Of a stretch of DNA of 64,000 nucleotides, positions 10,174-19,647 are shown in pieces; position 1 is the first letter of the stretch, and every line of letters starts with the position of its first letter. The stretch covers positions 4,562-68,561 of the forward strand of contig CABRFF010000002.1 in NCBI GenBank assembly GCA_902470165.1, in the 5' to 3' direction. A model generated the notes under the pieces. The model did no database searches. It had not been told where the DNA came from and saw nothing but the letters and a program-made list of their open reading frames with translations. The DNA is from an uncultured Eubacteriales bacterium (GTDB lineage: Bacteria; Bacillota; Clostridia; Oscillospirales; Oscillospiraceae). The translations under genes and the position numbers were made by a program.

Positions 10174-10228
10174 TTGACAATTCGGTCTATTTATTGTAGA
10201 CTTTCCATGTGATCTAATGCTTGTAGAC
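10174..10228 (+). promoter_or_regulatory. Promoter and two BlaI/CopY-type operators
   Basis: TTGACA(10174)-17-TAGACT(10197); GTCTA-N7-TAGAC at 10185-10201 and ATCTA-N7-TAGAC at 10212-10228. Confidence 0.7.
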
Positions 10229-10247
10229 CCAAAAAGGAGGGAATTTT

Positions 10248-10607
10248 ATGTCCGATTACAAGCTCGGGGCCATGGAGCTGCGCTTTGCCGATCTGATCTG
10301 GGCCAATGAGCCCATCTCTTCCGGCGAACTGGTCAAGCTGTGCGCCCGGGAACTGGAGTGGAAAAAATCCACCACTTACACCATGCTGAAACGCCTGTGC
10401 AACCGGGGTATTTTCCAGAATGACCACAGTGTGGTGACCTCACTCCTGTCCAAACAGGAGCTCCTGGCCCTCCAGAGCGAGGCCTTTGTTGCGGAGACCT
10501 TCGACGGCTCCCTGCCCCGCTTTCTGGCCGCCTTTACCTCACGCACCAAGCTGTCCGACCAGGAAATTGAACAGCTCCAGCAGCTGATCGACCAAAACAG
10601 GAGGTAA
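10248..10607 (+). CDS. BlaI/MecI/CopY-family repressor
   Basis: WKKSTTYTMLKRL wHTH, FDGSLPRFLAAF, LSDQEIEQL. Confidence 0.92.
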   Translation: MSDYKLGAMELRFADLIWANEPISSGELVKLCARELEWKKSTTYTMLKRLCNRGIFQNDHSVVTSLLSKQELLALQSEAFVAETFDGSLPRFLAAFTSRTKLSDQEIEQLQQLIDQNRR

Positions 10608-10611
10608 CATC

Positions 10612-12336
10612 ATGTGGCTGTCCCGCATATTTTCCACCCTACTGCACATGAGTTTCACTGCCAGCCTCGTCATCCTGGCGGTGTGCGTCCTGCGACTGCT
10701 GCTGAAACGGGCTCCGAAGGTATTTTCCTACGCCCTCTGGCTGGTAGTCCTGTTTCGGCTGCTCTGTCCCGTGACTTTTGAGACCTCCATCAGCATCCTC
10801 CCCAGCCGCACCTTGATTTCCACCGTTCAGACGGAGGTCATATCCCCTCAGCGCTCCCCTTCAGAAACTGCGACGGAAACTCAGCCGAAACAGACAGCAA
10901 CGCCCCAGACAATCTCTCCTGCCACGGAGCAACAAGCGATCAGCCTTTCTACTATAGCAGGCATAATATGGCTGGCTGGAGTCGGGGCAATGACGCTGTA
11001 CAGCTTGCTCTCTTTGATACGGCTCCGGCGGCGGCTGGTGGGTTCCGTCCGGTTCCGGGACAACCTCTATCTGGCCGACCACATCCCCACCCCCTTTGTT
11101 CTGGGCGTCATCCATCCCAGGATTTACCTGCCCTCCTCCCTGTCAGAGCAAGAACAGAGTTACATCATACTCCACGAACAGGCCCACATCCGTCGGGGTG
11201 ACCATATCGTAAAAGTTGTCGGCTTTTTCGCCCTGTCCCTCCACTGGTTCAATCCGCTGGTGTGGCTGGCCTTTCGACTGGCTGTCAACGATATGGAACT
11301 GTCCTGCGACGAAGCCGTCCTCCAACAAATGGATCCGTCCCTGCGCGCAGACTATTCCGCTTCCCTGCTGAGTCTGGCCACAGGCCGGCGCATTTTCCCC
11401 AATACCCCGCTCGCCTTTGGAGAGGGCAATATCAAAGAAAGGATTCGGAACGTGATGCATTACAAAAAGCCCACGGTTGCAGTCCTGTCTGTGGCACTGG
11501 TGCTCTGCATCACCGCCACCGTCTGTCTGGCAACCAATCCAGTCTTAGGCGTAGCCAACTTCACTGACGCTATTCCTTTCGATTCTCAGCTCGACCAAAA
11601 AACGTTAGAGGACGCTGTCTCCAAAGCCATTCTGGATTACCAGCAAACCCGCTTTCTCTCCTGTGAATGCGCCGGAGAAGGTCACTATATCATGGATTAC
11701 AATGTCAGCGGAGATACTTTGACCGCCTACGTCCTGGCCACTTACGGCCAGTATCAGTTTGTAGACGATCTCTTTATCGTGGCCTCCGGCTGCGGCCCCA
11801 TTCCCACCGTCATTACCTTCCAGGTCAATCAGGACGGCAGCTATACCATGCTGGACTACCAGGAACCGGAGGATGGCGCAATGTACGAACCCTCCATAAA
11901 AGAGCTGTTTCCTCTGCGGTTATGGAACCGTTGCTTCGACGCGGAAGGCAACAGCACTGTGCACAACGTCCTCCGTATCCAGCAGGACCAGTATGCAGAG
12001 GCATATCTGTCCTCCATTGGGCGAGAGGCTGAAATTGGGGACTATGGGGATCTGAATCAGCCTCTGCTGACCGATCTGGGCGTGTCAGTGGAAGTGAGCA
12101 ACCGCCTGGATGAAAGCAGGCTGCTGGGCAACTATCCCCTGGGCGTCGGCCAGCAGGAACAGGTTGAGGACGGCGTGCGATATGTGTACCGGCAGGACTA
12201 CGATGAACAGAAGCAGCTGATTTCCTTCACCAAGTCCAACTACGACACGGGCGAAATCGTGGAGCGATTCTGCTTTGACGCTACAGACGGAACCCTGCTC
12301 CAATCCCTTTCCTTCCCGAAAGTGGAACAGGAATAA
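10612..12336 (+). CDS. BlaR1/MecR1-like M56 metallopeptidase sensor with a non-PBP C-terminal domain
   Basis: HEQAH zinc motif, HWFNPLVW, ELSCDEAV; 4 TM helices; acidic extracellular C-terminal domain. Confidence 0.9.
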   Translation: MWLSRIFSTLLHMSFTASLVILAVCVLRLLLKRAPKVFSYALWLVVLFRLLCPVTFETSISILPSRTLISTVQTEVISPQRSPSETATETQPKQTATPQTISPATEQQAISLSTIAGIIWLAGVGAMTLYSLLSLIRLRRRLVGSVRFRDNLYLADHIPTPFVLGVIHPRIYLPSSLSEQEQSYIILHEQAHIRRGDHIVKVVGFFALSLHWFNPLVWLAFRLAVNDMELSCDEAVLQQMDPSLRADYSASLLSLATGRRIFPNTPLAFGEGNIKERIRNVMHYKKPTVAVLSVALVLCITATVCLATNPVLGVANFTDAIPFDSQLDQKTLEDAVSKAILDYQQTRFLSCECAGEGHYIMDYNVSGDTLTAYVLATYGQYQFVDDLFIVASGCGPIPTVITFQVNQDGSYTMLDYQEPEDGAMYEPSIKELFPLRLWNRCFDAEGNSTVHNVLRIQQDQYAEAYLSSIGREAEIGDYGDLNQPLLTDLGVSVEVSNRLDESRLLGNYPLGVGQQEQVEDGVRYVYRQDYDEQKQLISFTKSNYDTGEIVERFCFDATDGTLLQSLSFPKVEQE

Positions 12337-12450
12337 TTCCGCTCTCTCCGCCATTTTGCAAGTCCTGTTCGCAGTTCCTTCATTTTTACCAAACTTCCGC
12401 CTGACCGGCCTTTTACTTTCGTGAAATGCTCTGAAAGTGCCCGGAAGGGG

Positions 12451-12630
12451 TTGCAATCTCCAAAAATTCTGCTAAACTAACGGCATCGAGGCAAGGGCGT
12501 CTGGATTCCGAACTGGAATTCCGGCGCCTTTATCTTTCGTGATCGCTGCAGCAAGTTATCGCAAAAAGAGAAAACCAATCAAACTCACAATGGGGTGTGT
12601 TTCTTCGGAAGCATGCCCTTATTTCGTTTT
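12451..12630 (+). promoter_or_regulatory. amt promoter and leader with two terminator hairpins carrying ANTAR-like hexaloop motifs
   Basis: TTGCAA(12451)-16-TAAACT(12473); GGC-AAGGGC-GTC and CAC-AATGGG-GTG each overlap the 5' arm of a terminator stem. Confidence 0.6.
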
Positions 12631-12652
12631 TGGAGATTAGGAGGTAAGATGA

Positions 12653-14398
12653 ATGGACGCTACCAGTATCTTACAGTATATTGACAGTAACATATGGGGG
12701 ATCTGGTTCCTCATCGGCGCAATCTTAGTGTTCTTTATGCAGTGCGGCTTCGCAATGGTGGAGACCGGCTTCACCCGTGCGAAAAACGCAGGCAATATCC
12801 TGATGAAAAACCTGATGGACTTCTGCATCGGCACCGTCGTTTTCATTCTGTTGGGCTACGGCCTGATGAATTCCGCCAACTACATCGGCGGCGTGATCGG
12901 CGTACCGGACTGGTCCATGTTCACTGATTTCTTCAATTTTGACTGGTCCAACTTCGTGTTCCAGCTGGTGTTCTGCGCCACCGCCGCCACCATCGTTTCC
13001 GGCGCCATGGCCGAACGCACCAAGTTCATTTCCTATTGCATTTACTCCGCCGTCATCTCTCTGCTGGTCTATCCCATTGAGGCCGGCTGGGTTTGGAACA
13101 GCCAGGGCTGGCTGGCCAAGCTGGAATATGTGGACTTTGCCGGTTCCTCCGTCATCCACATGGTGGGCGGTATCAGCGCCCTCGTCGGCGCAGCCATCCT
13201 CGGTCCCCGTATCGGCAAGTACTACAAGGACAAGGACGGCAACAAGCACTCCCGCGCCATTCCCGGTCACTCCCTGACTCTGGGCTGCCTGGGCTGCTTC
13301 ATCCTCTGGTTCGGCTGGTACGGCTTTAACGGCGCCGCTGCCGGCAGCCTGGAACAGCTGGCTATGATCTTCGCCACTACCACCCTCGCTCCCGCCGTCG
13401 CCACTGTCGTCTGCATGATCTTCACCTGGATCAAGAACGGCAAGCCCGACGTCTCCATGTGTCTGAACGCCTCCCTGGCCGGCCTGGTGGCCATTACCGC
13501 TCCCTGTGCCAGCGTTGACGCCATCGGCGCCATCTGCATCGGCGCTGTCGCCGGCATCCTGGTTGTCGTTGTCGTCGAGTTCATCGACCTGAAGTGCCAT
13601 ATCGACGATCCCGTCGGTGCTGTGGCAGTCCACGGCGCAAACGGCATGTGGGGTACCATCGCAGTCGGCCTCTTTGACTGCGGCAACTACTGGGAAGACG
13701 GCGTGGCACGCGGCCTGTTCTACGGCGGCGGTGTCCATCAGCTGCTGGTCCAGCTGCTGGGTGTGGTTGTCATCGCCTGCTACACCGCCATTATGATGGC
13801 TATCGTCTTTACCGTCATCAAGAAGACCGTGGGTCTGCGCGCTTCCGCTGAGGACGAAATCAACGGTCTGGATCTGTCCGAGCACGGCCTGCCCTCTGCT
13901 TACGCTGACTTCAACATCAACGACCGTACTCCCATCGATGACAACGGTGAGGCAGGCAGCGTTCCCGTCCAGGCAGCGATCCCCGTTCAGGAAGTCGCTC
14001 AGAGCGAGCCGGCTGCTGTCACCAGCGGCGCTTCCTACGGTGCTTACACCAAGATCAGCATCCTCTGTAACCAGAACCGCTTCGAAGCCCTCAAGACCGC
14101 TCTGTCTCAGATCGGCATCACCGGTATGACCGTCACTCAGGTCATGGGCTGCGGCGCTCAGAAGGGCCGTACCGAGTTCTACCGCGGCGTTCTGATGACC
14201 ATGAACCTGCTGCCCAAGCTGAAGGTGGATATCGTTGTCTCCACTGTCCCTGTGGATGAGGTTGTCGCTACCACGAGAAACGCTCTGTACACGGGCCACT
14301 TCGGCGATGGTAAGATCTTTATCTACAATGTTGAAAACGTGATCCGTATCCGTACTGGTGAAGAAGGCGTCGCCGCACTTCAGGATCCCGCAGAATAA
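12653..14398 (+). CDS. amtB: Ammonium transporter fused to a C-terminal PII (GlnK-like) domain
   Basis: FMQCGFAMVETG, DFAGSSVIHMVGG, LWFGWYGFN, DDPVGAVAVHG; C-terminal GCGAQKG.TEFYRG and TGHFGDGKIF...IRIRTGE. Confidence 0.93.
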   Translation: MDATSILQYIDSNIWGIWFLIGAILVFFMQCGFAMVETGFTRAKNAGNILMKNLMDFCIGTVVFILLGYGLMNSANYIGGVIGVPDWSMFTDFFNFDWSNFVFQLVFCATAATIVSGAMAERTKFISYCIYSAVISLLVYPIEAGWVWNSQGWLAKLEYVDFAGSSVIHMVGGISALVGAAILGPRIGKYYKDKDGNKHSRAIPGHSLTLGCLGCFILWFGWYGFNGAAAGSLEQLAMIFATTTLAPAVATVVCMIFTWIKNGKPDVSMCLNASLAGLVAITAPCASVDAIGAICIGAVAGILVVVVVEFIDLKCHIDDPVGAVAVHGANGMWGTIAVGLFDCGNYWEDGVARGLFYGGGVHQLLVQLLGVVVIACYTAIMMAIVFTVIKKTVGLRASAEDEINGLDLSEHGLPSAYADFNINDRTPIDDNGEAGSVPVQAAIPVQEVAQSEPAAVTSGASYGAYTKISILCNQNRFEALKTALSQIGITGMTVTQVMGCGAQKGRTEFYRGVLMTMNLLPKLKVDIVVSTVPVDEVVATTRNALYTGHFGDGKIFIYNVENVIRIRTGEEGVAALQDPAE

Positions 14399-14412
14399 TA
14401 GAATCTCTCTCG

Positions 14413-14453
14413 AAAAAAGAAGGTCGGTTCTTCGGAACCGGCTTTCTTTTTTT
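14413..14453 (+). terminator. Terminator after amt-PII
   Basis: AAAAAAGAAGGTCGGTTC-TTCG-GAACCGGCTTTCTTTTTTT. Confidence 0.85.
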
Positions 14454-14457
14454 GCCC

Positions 14458-14508
14458 TTGACAGAGTATCGTCTATCGAGTATACTGTGTATACCGTTCA
14501 TGAACAGT
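14458..14508 (+). promoter_or_regulatory. Promoter and probable YtrA-type operator
   Basis: TTGACA(14458)-17-TATACT(14481), overlapped by palindromic GTATAC-TGT-GTATAC (14480-14494). Confidence 0.65.
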
Positions 14509-14527
14509 TGAAATGGAGCGATGCCTC

Positions 14528-14911
14528 TTGGATATTATTATCAGCAACGCCGACACCCGGCCCATCTACGAACAGATCTATGCTCAGATCAAGGATGCCA
14601 TTCTCGCGGGCGCTTTGAAGGAGGGCGACGTCCTGCCCTCCATCCGCGCCCTGGCCAAAGATCTGCGCATCAGCGTCATCACCACAAAACGGGCCTACGA
14701 TGAGCTGGAACGGGACGGTTTCGTCTATACCGTCGCCGGAAAAGGCTGTTACGTGGCCCCTATGGACACCGCTCTGGTGCGGGAACAGCAGCTGCGGGAG
14801 ATTGAGGCACATATTCGAAAAATCTTAGAACTTGCCCGTCCCCTGTCCCTGTCCCAATCCGATATTTTTGAACTATTCTCCCTGATTGCCGAGGAGGGTC
14901 TGGATCTATGA
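14528..14911 (+). CDS. GntR (YtrA subfamily) regulator
   Basis: PIYEQI, LPSIRALAKDLRISVITTKRAYDELE; short C-terminus; TTG start after GGAG. Confidence 0.92.
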   Translation: MDIIISNADTRPIYEQIYAQIKDAILAGALKEGDVLPSIRALAKDLRISVITTKRAYDELERDGFVYTVAGKGCYVAPMDTALVREQQLREIEAHIRKILELARPLSLSQSDIFELFSLIAEEGLDL

Positions 14912-15753
14912 ACGCCATTGAAATTACCAATTTGAACAAATCGTACCCCAACTTTAACCTGAAGGACCTCACCCTGACCCTGCCGCAGGGCAGCATTCTG
15001 GGTCTGGCCGGTGAAAACGGCGCCGGCAAAAGCACTACCCTCAAGTTGATTATGAACTCCATCCCGCGGGACAGCGGTACCGTCCGCGTCCTGGGCACGG
15101 ACAACCAGAGCGCCGCCTTTCAATCCGTGAAGGAGGACATCGGTGTGGTTCTGGACGAGGCCTACTTCCCCGAGGTGCTGACCCCGAAAAATGTCGCCAC
15201 TGTGATGCGTCACACCTACCAGCGCTGGGACGATCAGCTTTTCTCCGCCTATCTGGACCGGTTTTCCCTGCCGCGAGAGAAGGCTTTTCAGCACTTTTCC
15301 CGGGGCATGAAGATGAAGTTCGCCATCGCAGTGGCCCTCTCCCACGCGCCTAAGCTGTTGATTCTGGATGAGGCCACCAGCGGACTCGACCCGATGATTC
15401 GGGACGAGATCCTGGACCTGTTCAACGACTTCACCCGGGATGAGGAACACTCCATCCTTCTGTCCTCCCACATCATCAGCGATATGGAGAAAATCTGCGA
15501 CTACATCGCCTTTCTCCACCACGGTTCCCTGATCCTCTGCGAGGAAAAGGACCGTCTGCTGGAGGAATACGCCCTGTTGAAGCTGTCCCGAGCCGACTTT
15601 GAGGCGGTGCCACCCGAGGCGGTTCACGGAAAAAAGGAAACGCCCTATGGGGTGGAGGCTCTGGTGAAACGGTCCGCTGTATCCTCCGCGTTTCGTCTGG
15701 AGCACACCAGCTTGGAAGATATTATCCTGTTTCTGGCCAGAGAGGAGCTGTGA
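14908..15753 (+). CDS. ABC transporter ATP-binding protein
   Basis: GENGAGKST, FSRGM, LLILDEATSGLD, SSH. Confidence 0.93.
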   Translation: MNAIEITNLNKSYPNFNLKDLTLTLPQGSILGLAGENGAGKSTTLKLIMNSIPRDSGTVRVLGTDNQSAAFQSVKEDIGVVLDEAYFPEVLTPKNVATVMRHTYQRWDDQLFSAYLDRFSLPREKAFQHFSRGMKMKFAIAVALSHAPKLLILDEATSGLDPMIRDEILDLFNDFTRDEEHSILLSSHIISDMEKICDYIAFLHHGSLILCEEKDRLLEEYALLKLSRADFEAVPPEAVHGKKETPYGVEALVKRSAVSSAFRLEHTSLEDIILFLAREEL

Positions 15754-15755
15754 CT

Positions 15756-16367
15756 ATGAAAGGTTTACTGTTAAAGGATCTCTACACCCTGGGAAAGCAG
15801 ATGAAGCTGTTTCTCCTCTTCATCCTGATCTTTGCGATAACCCCCGGCCTTTCCCTGTCTGCCTTTGCCGTGATGTACGCATCTATGCTGCCCATGACCG
15901 CTCTCGCCTATGACGAGCGCTCCAAGTGGAATATCCTCGCCTCCATGATGCCCTATTCCGCCACCGAGTTGGTGCTCAGCAAATACCTGCTGGGCTACCT
16001 GATGGCGATCTGCGCAGCTCTGTGCTCTCTGGTAGCACAGCTCGTGATCAGTTTCTTCCGGCATACCCCTGTAGACCAGGATGCACTTCTCACACTGCCC
16101 ATTTTCGTCTGTATCGCCTTTCTGTTTCTGGCAATCAGTCTCCCCTTCCTCTTTAAGCTGGGAGTAGAGCGAGGCCGACTGATCTTTTTGGTCCTGCTGG
16201 CGGCGTTGGCTGTATCCGTTGTGCTGCTCACGGATCAGCTGGTCGAGCTGCTGTCCGGTTTTATTCCCTCTGTCTGGACCATTCCCATCTGCCTGATCTG
16301 TGCGGTGGCCGTCAACGTCTTCTCGGTTCTTTTCTCTGTAAAGATCTATAAAAACAGCTTCCAATAA
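15756..16367 (+). CDS. ABC-2 type permease
   Basis: MKGLLLKD start, DERSKW...MP...VLSKY motif, about 6 TM helices. Confidence 0.88.
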   Translation: MKGLLLKDLYTLGKQMKLFLLFILIFAITPGLSLSAFAVMYASMLPMTALAYDERSKWNILASMMPYSATELVLSKYLLGYLMAICAALCSLVAQLVISFFRHTPVDQDALLTLPIFVCIAFLFLAISLPFLFKLGVERGRLIFLVLLAALAVSVVLLTDQLVELLSGFIPSVWTIPICLICAVAVNVFSVLFSVKIYKNSFQ

Positions 16368-16377
16368 AACTGATATA

Positions 16378-16421
16378 AAAATCCCCTCTCATGCAGCCAT
16401 TCCGCTACAGAGAGGGGATTT
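16378..16421. terminator. Bidirectional terminator
   Basis: AAAATCCCCTCT...AGAGGGGATTTT between the convergent ABC operon and argS. Confidence 0.7.
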
Positions 16422-16471
16422 TATCTTATTTTCTGAACTACGTGCTTAACGCTTTTTGCTCTTCCAGACGC

Positions 16472-18244
16472 TTACATGCGGTCCGGCGCGGTAAAGCCCA
16501 GAAGCTGAACCGAGGTCTCCAGCACCCGCAGCACCAGCCGGATCAGCGTCACATAGCTGGCCTGCTTCTCGGGATCCGGCTCTTTCATGATGTTGTGCTC
16601 ACCGTAGAACTGATTCAGGCTGTTGGCCAGCTCATAAATATAGTGGCACAGGCGGTTGGGGGCGTTCTGGGTGTATGCCTCATAGACAGCCTCATTGAAC
16701 CGGCACAGAATCAGGGCCAGATCGGTCTCTTTCTGGCTCTCCGGCGGCAGGATCCGGCCCAGCTGGGCATCAGGATAGGCCGCTGTAAATTTGCTCAGAA
16801 TGGACTTGATCCGCACCATGGAGTACATAATATAGGGACCGGTGTTTCCCTCAAAGGCAGTGAACCGCTCCACGTCGAACACGTAATCCTTGTAGGGCTG
16901 GTTGGACAGATCACCGTACTTGATGGCCGCAAGGCCCACCTTGTCCGCAATCTCCCGCATCTCTTCCTCGCTCATAGCGCCGTCATTGCTCTTCACCTTT
17001 TCATAGATAGCGTCGCTGACGTTGCCCAGCAGGTACTCCAGCCGCATCACGCCGCCGTCCCGGGTCTTGAAGGGCTTGCCGTCTTTGCCGTTCATGGTGC
17101 CGAAGCCCACGAACTCCAGGGAGCACTTCTCTTTGGAGACCAGGCCGGTCTTATAGGCACAGCGGAACACCCGGACAAAGTGCATCTCCTGGCGCTTGTC
17201 CACCACATAGATAATCCGGTCCGGATCAAAATCCGCTCTGCGCTGGACAATGGTGGCCAGATCGGTGGTCTCGTACTGAGCGGCGCCGTCCGACTTGAGA
17301 ATCATGCAGGGCGGGACCTCCCGGGTGTCGCTCTCCTCCTGGACGTCCACCACCAGCGCGCCGTTGCTGATATAGGCGTGGCCGTCGGCCTTCATCTGGT
17401 CCACCATGGGCTGGATCAGATCCTGACAGTCGCTCTCGCCCATCCAGACGTCAAAGTCCACGTCCAGCTTCTCGTAGTTCTTCTTCAGATCGCTGACGGA
17501 CACGTCCAGAATATGCTTCCACAGGGCGCGATAGCCGGGCCGGCCCTGCTGGAGCTCATAGGTAGCCTGACGGGCTGCCTCCTTATAGGCCTCGTCGGTC
17601 TTGGACACCTTGGAGGCATAGGGATAGATTTCCTCCAGATCACCGATGGTGAAGGGCGGCTCTTCCGGATAGCCGCTGGTGATCTCAGGGTCAAAATAGG
17701 GCAGCTCCGGCTGACGGCGCTGAAGCTCTACGATAATCAGACCAATCTGGAGGCCCCAGTCGCCCAGATGGGGATCGCCCACCACATTGTGGCCCATAAA
17801 GCGGGCAATCCGCTTGATGGCCTCGCCGATGATGGCCGGGCGCAGATGTCCCACATGGAGGGGCTTTGCCACGTTGGGCCCGCCGTAGTCCACCACGATG
17901 GACAGAGGCGGATCCGCCTTTTCCACGCCGCAGTCCGGATCCTGCTCCAGCTCATTCAGCAGCTTTCCCAGGTAGTCGGGATTCAGATCCAGATTGATAA
18001 AGCCGGGCCGAACCATCTCCACCTTGGAGAACATGGTCTCCGCCGCCAGCACATCCACCACCTGCTGGGCGATCATAAAGGGTGCTTTGTGGTACAGCTT
18101 GGCCCCCGCCATCGCGCCATTACACTGGTACTGACACAGGTCCGGACGGTTGGAGACGGTACACTTTCCCAGCGCCGGGTCAAAGCCGGCGATTTCAAAG
18201 GCCTCGGACACCATTTCTGTAATCTGATCAATCACTTTTTTCAT
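16472..18244 (-). CDS. argS: Arginyl-tRNA synthetase
   Basis: PNVAKPLHVGH, HLGDWG, KPFKTRDG, EGNTGPYIMY, C-terminal DRM; start refined to MKKVID. Confidence 0.95.
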   Translation of the reverse strand: MKKVIDQITEMVSEAFEIAGFDPALGKCTVSNRPDLCQYQCNGAMAGAKLYHKAPFMIAQQVVDVLAAETMFSKVEMVRPGFINLDLNPDYLGKLLNELEQDPDCGVEKADPPLSIVVDYGGPNVAKPLHVGHLRPAIIGEAIKRIARFMGHNVVGDPHLGDWGLQIGLIIVELQRRQPELPYFDPEITSGYPEEPPFTIGDLEEIYPYASKVSKTDEAYKEAARQATYELQQGRPGYRALWKHILDVSVSDLKKNYEKLDVDFDVWMGESDCQDLIQPMVDQMKADGHAYISNGALVVDVQEESDTREVPPCMILKSDGAAQYETTDLATIVQRRADFDPDRIIYVVDKRQEMHFVRVFRCAYKTGLVSKEKCSLEFVGFGTMNGKDGKPFKTRDGGVMRLEYLLGNVSDAIYEKVKSNDGAMSEEEMREIADKVGLAAIKYGDLSNQPYKDYVFDVERFTAFEGNTGPYIMYSMVRIKSILSKFTAAYPDAQLGRILPPESQKETDLALILCRFNEAVYEAYTQNAPNRLCHYIYELANSLNQFYGEHNIMKEPDPEKQASYVTLIRLVLRVLETSVQLLGFTAPDRM

Positions 18245-18458
18245 AACAACTGCTTCCCTTTCAAAAATGCACAAATCTGCACTATTTTTCACATACGTTA
18301 GTTCTTTATTATAGTCGAAGTGCGGAAACATGTCAATGTAAAGCGAATTTACGGAACATTTACAACTGCCCCCTTGCTTTTTCCTTTCACTCCGCTGTAT
18401 ACTGTAGGCATATGTTGCGAAAGAAAACCGATTTTACGCCGAAAGAGGTGCACGCTCC

Positions 18459-19637
18459 TTGAATTCGTTCCAATTTTACAGCCCAACCAAGGTGCTGTTC
18501 GGCGCCGGTACCATCGCGGAAACCGGCCCGGCTGTTCAGGCCGCCGGCGGGCACCGGGTTCTGGTGCTATATGGATGCGGCAGCGTCATCAAAAACGGTG
18601 TTTTGGACAGCGTACTCGCCTCTCTGGACCGGTGCGAAATCACCAGCTTTCCCGAAGGCGGCATCCAGCCCAATCCGCTTCTGTCCAAGGCGGAGGAACT
18701 GCTGGAGCAGTACGCCCATCGTGACATCGATTTTATCCTGGGTGTCGGCGGCGCCAGCGTCCTGGACACCTGCAAAGCCGTGGCCATGGGGCTGTACGGC
18801 GGCGGCCCGATCTGGGGCTATTTTTCCAAGACCCGCCCGGTGACCGGAGAGATTCCGGTGGGCTGCGTGCTGACCATCGCCGCTGCCGGCAGTGAGACCA
18901 GTGACTCCGCGGTGCTCACCAACGAGGCCCTGTCCAGCAAGCGCGGTTGCAGCACCCCCTTTAACCGGCCGGTATTCGCCATTATGGACCCGGAGACCAC
19001 TTACAGCCTCCCGCCTTATCAGACCGCCTGCGGTGTGGCTGACATTATGCTCCACACGATGGAGCGCTACTTTGGAATCGACGCGGGTCAGAATCAGCTC
19101 ACTGACGGCATTGCCGAGGCTCTGCTGCGGGACGTGATGGAAAACGGTATCCGCGCGTTGGAGCACCCTGCAGACTATCAGGCCCGCAGCGAACTGATGT
19201 GGTGCGGTAGCCTGTCCCACAATGATCTGACCGGTCTGGGACGTCCCAAGGATATGTCCGTCCATCAGCTGGGACATGTCCTCAGTGCCGTCTGCCATCT
19301 GGCCCACGGTGCCAGCCTGACCGCTCTCTGGCCCCACTGGGCACACTACGTCTCCAGCTATGACCCGGCGCGCTTTGCCCGGCTGGGCCGAACGGTGCTG
19401 GGCCTTACGGAACCGGATGATCAGTTGGCCGCAACGCTCACCATTGACGGCTTCGCTGCCTACTGGAAGCGCATCGGTTTGCCGGTCTGTCTCCGGGACT
19501 GCATCGGTGTGCAAAGTGACGATACGCTGCGCTCTTTTGCGCACCTGTGCTCTTACGAGGGCACTCGCTCCATCGGCGCCTTCCGCAAGCTGGAGGAATC
19601 GGACATGCTGGCCATTTATCAGATGGCCAACCAGTGA
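18459..19637 (+). CDS. Iron-containing alcohol dehydrogenase (BdhA/YqhD-like)
   Basis: PTKVLFG, GIQPNP, GVGGASVLDTCK, AAGSE, D..H...H...HG metal ligands. Confidence 0.9.
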   Translation: MNSFQFYSPTKVLFGAGTIAETGPAVQAAGGHRVLVLYGCGSVIKNGVLDSVLASLDRCEITSFPEGGIQPNPLLSKAEELLEQYAHRDIDFILGVGGASVLDTCKAVAMGLYGGGPIWGYFSKTRPVTGEIPVGCVLTIAAAGSETSDSAVLTNEALSSKRGCSTPFNRPVFAIMDPETTYSLPPYQTACGVADIMLHTMERYFGIDAGQNQLTDGIAEALLRDVMENGIRALEHPADYQARSELMWCGSLSHNDLTGLGRPKDMSVHQLGHVLSAVCHLAHGASLTALWPHWAHYVSSYDPARFARLGRTVLGLTEPDDQLAATLTIDGFAAYWKRIGLPVCLRDCIGVQSDDTLRSFAHLCSYEGTRSIGAFRKLEESDMLAIYQMANQ

Positions 19638-19647
19638 GGCGCTCCCT

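Noticed and set aside
16391..18301. 636-aa plus-strand ORF, and similar long ORFs at 122-1114, 5034-6536, 12725-14299, 21094-22818, 23536-25002, 31277-32938, 43465-45915 and 57246-59015
   Set aside because: Each is antisense to a well-supported gene (argS, era/ybeY, nrdD, amt, pckA, the transporter, sbcC, spoVD, ribBA/H). They have no recognisable motifs and are typical shadow ORFs of GC3-rich codon usage.
18245..18340. T-box leader for argS
   Set aside because: The promoter (TTGACA-17-TATAAT at 18336-18308) leaves only about 60 nt of leader, with no T-box consensus.
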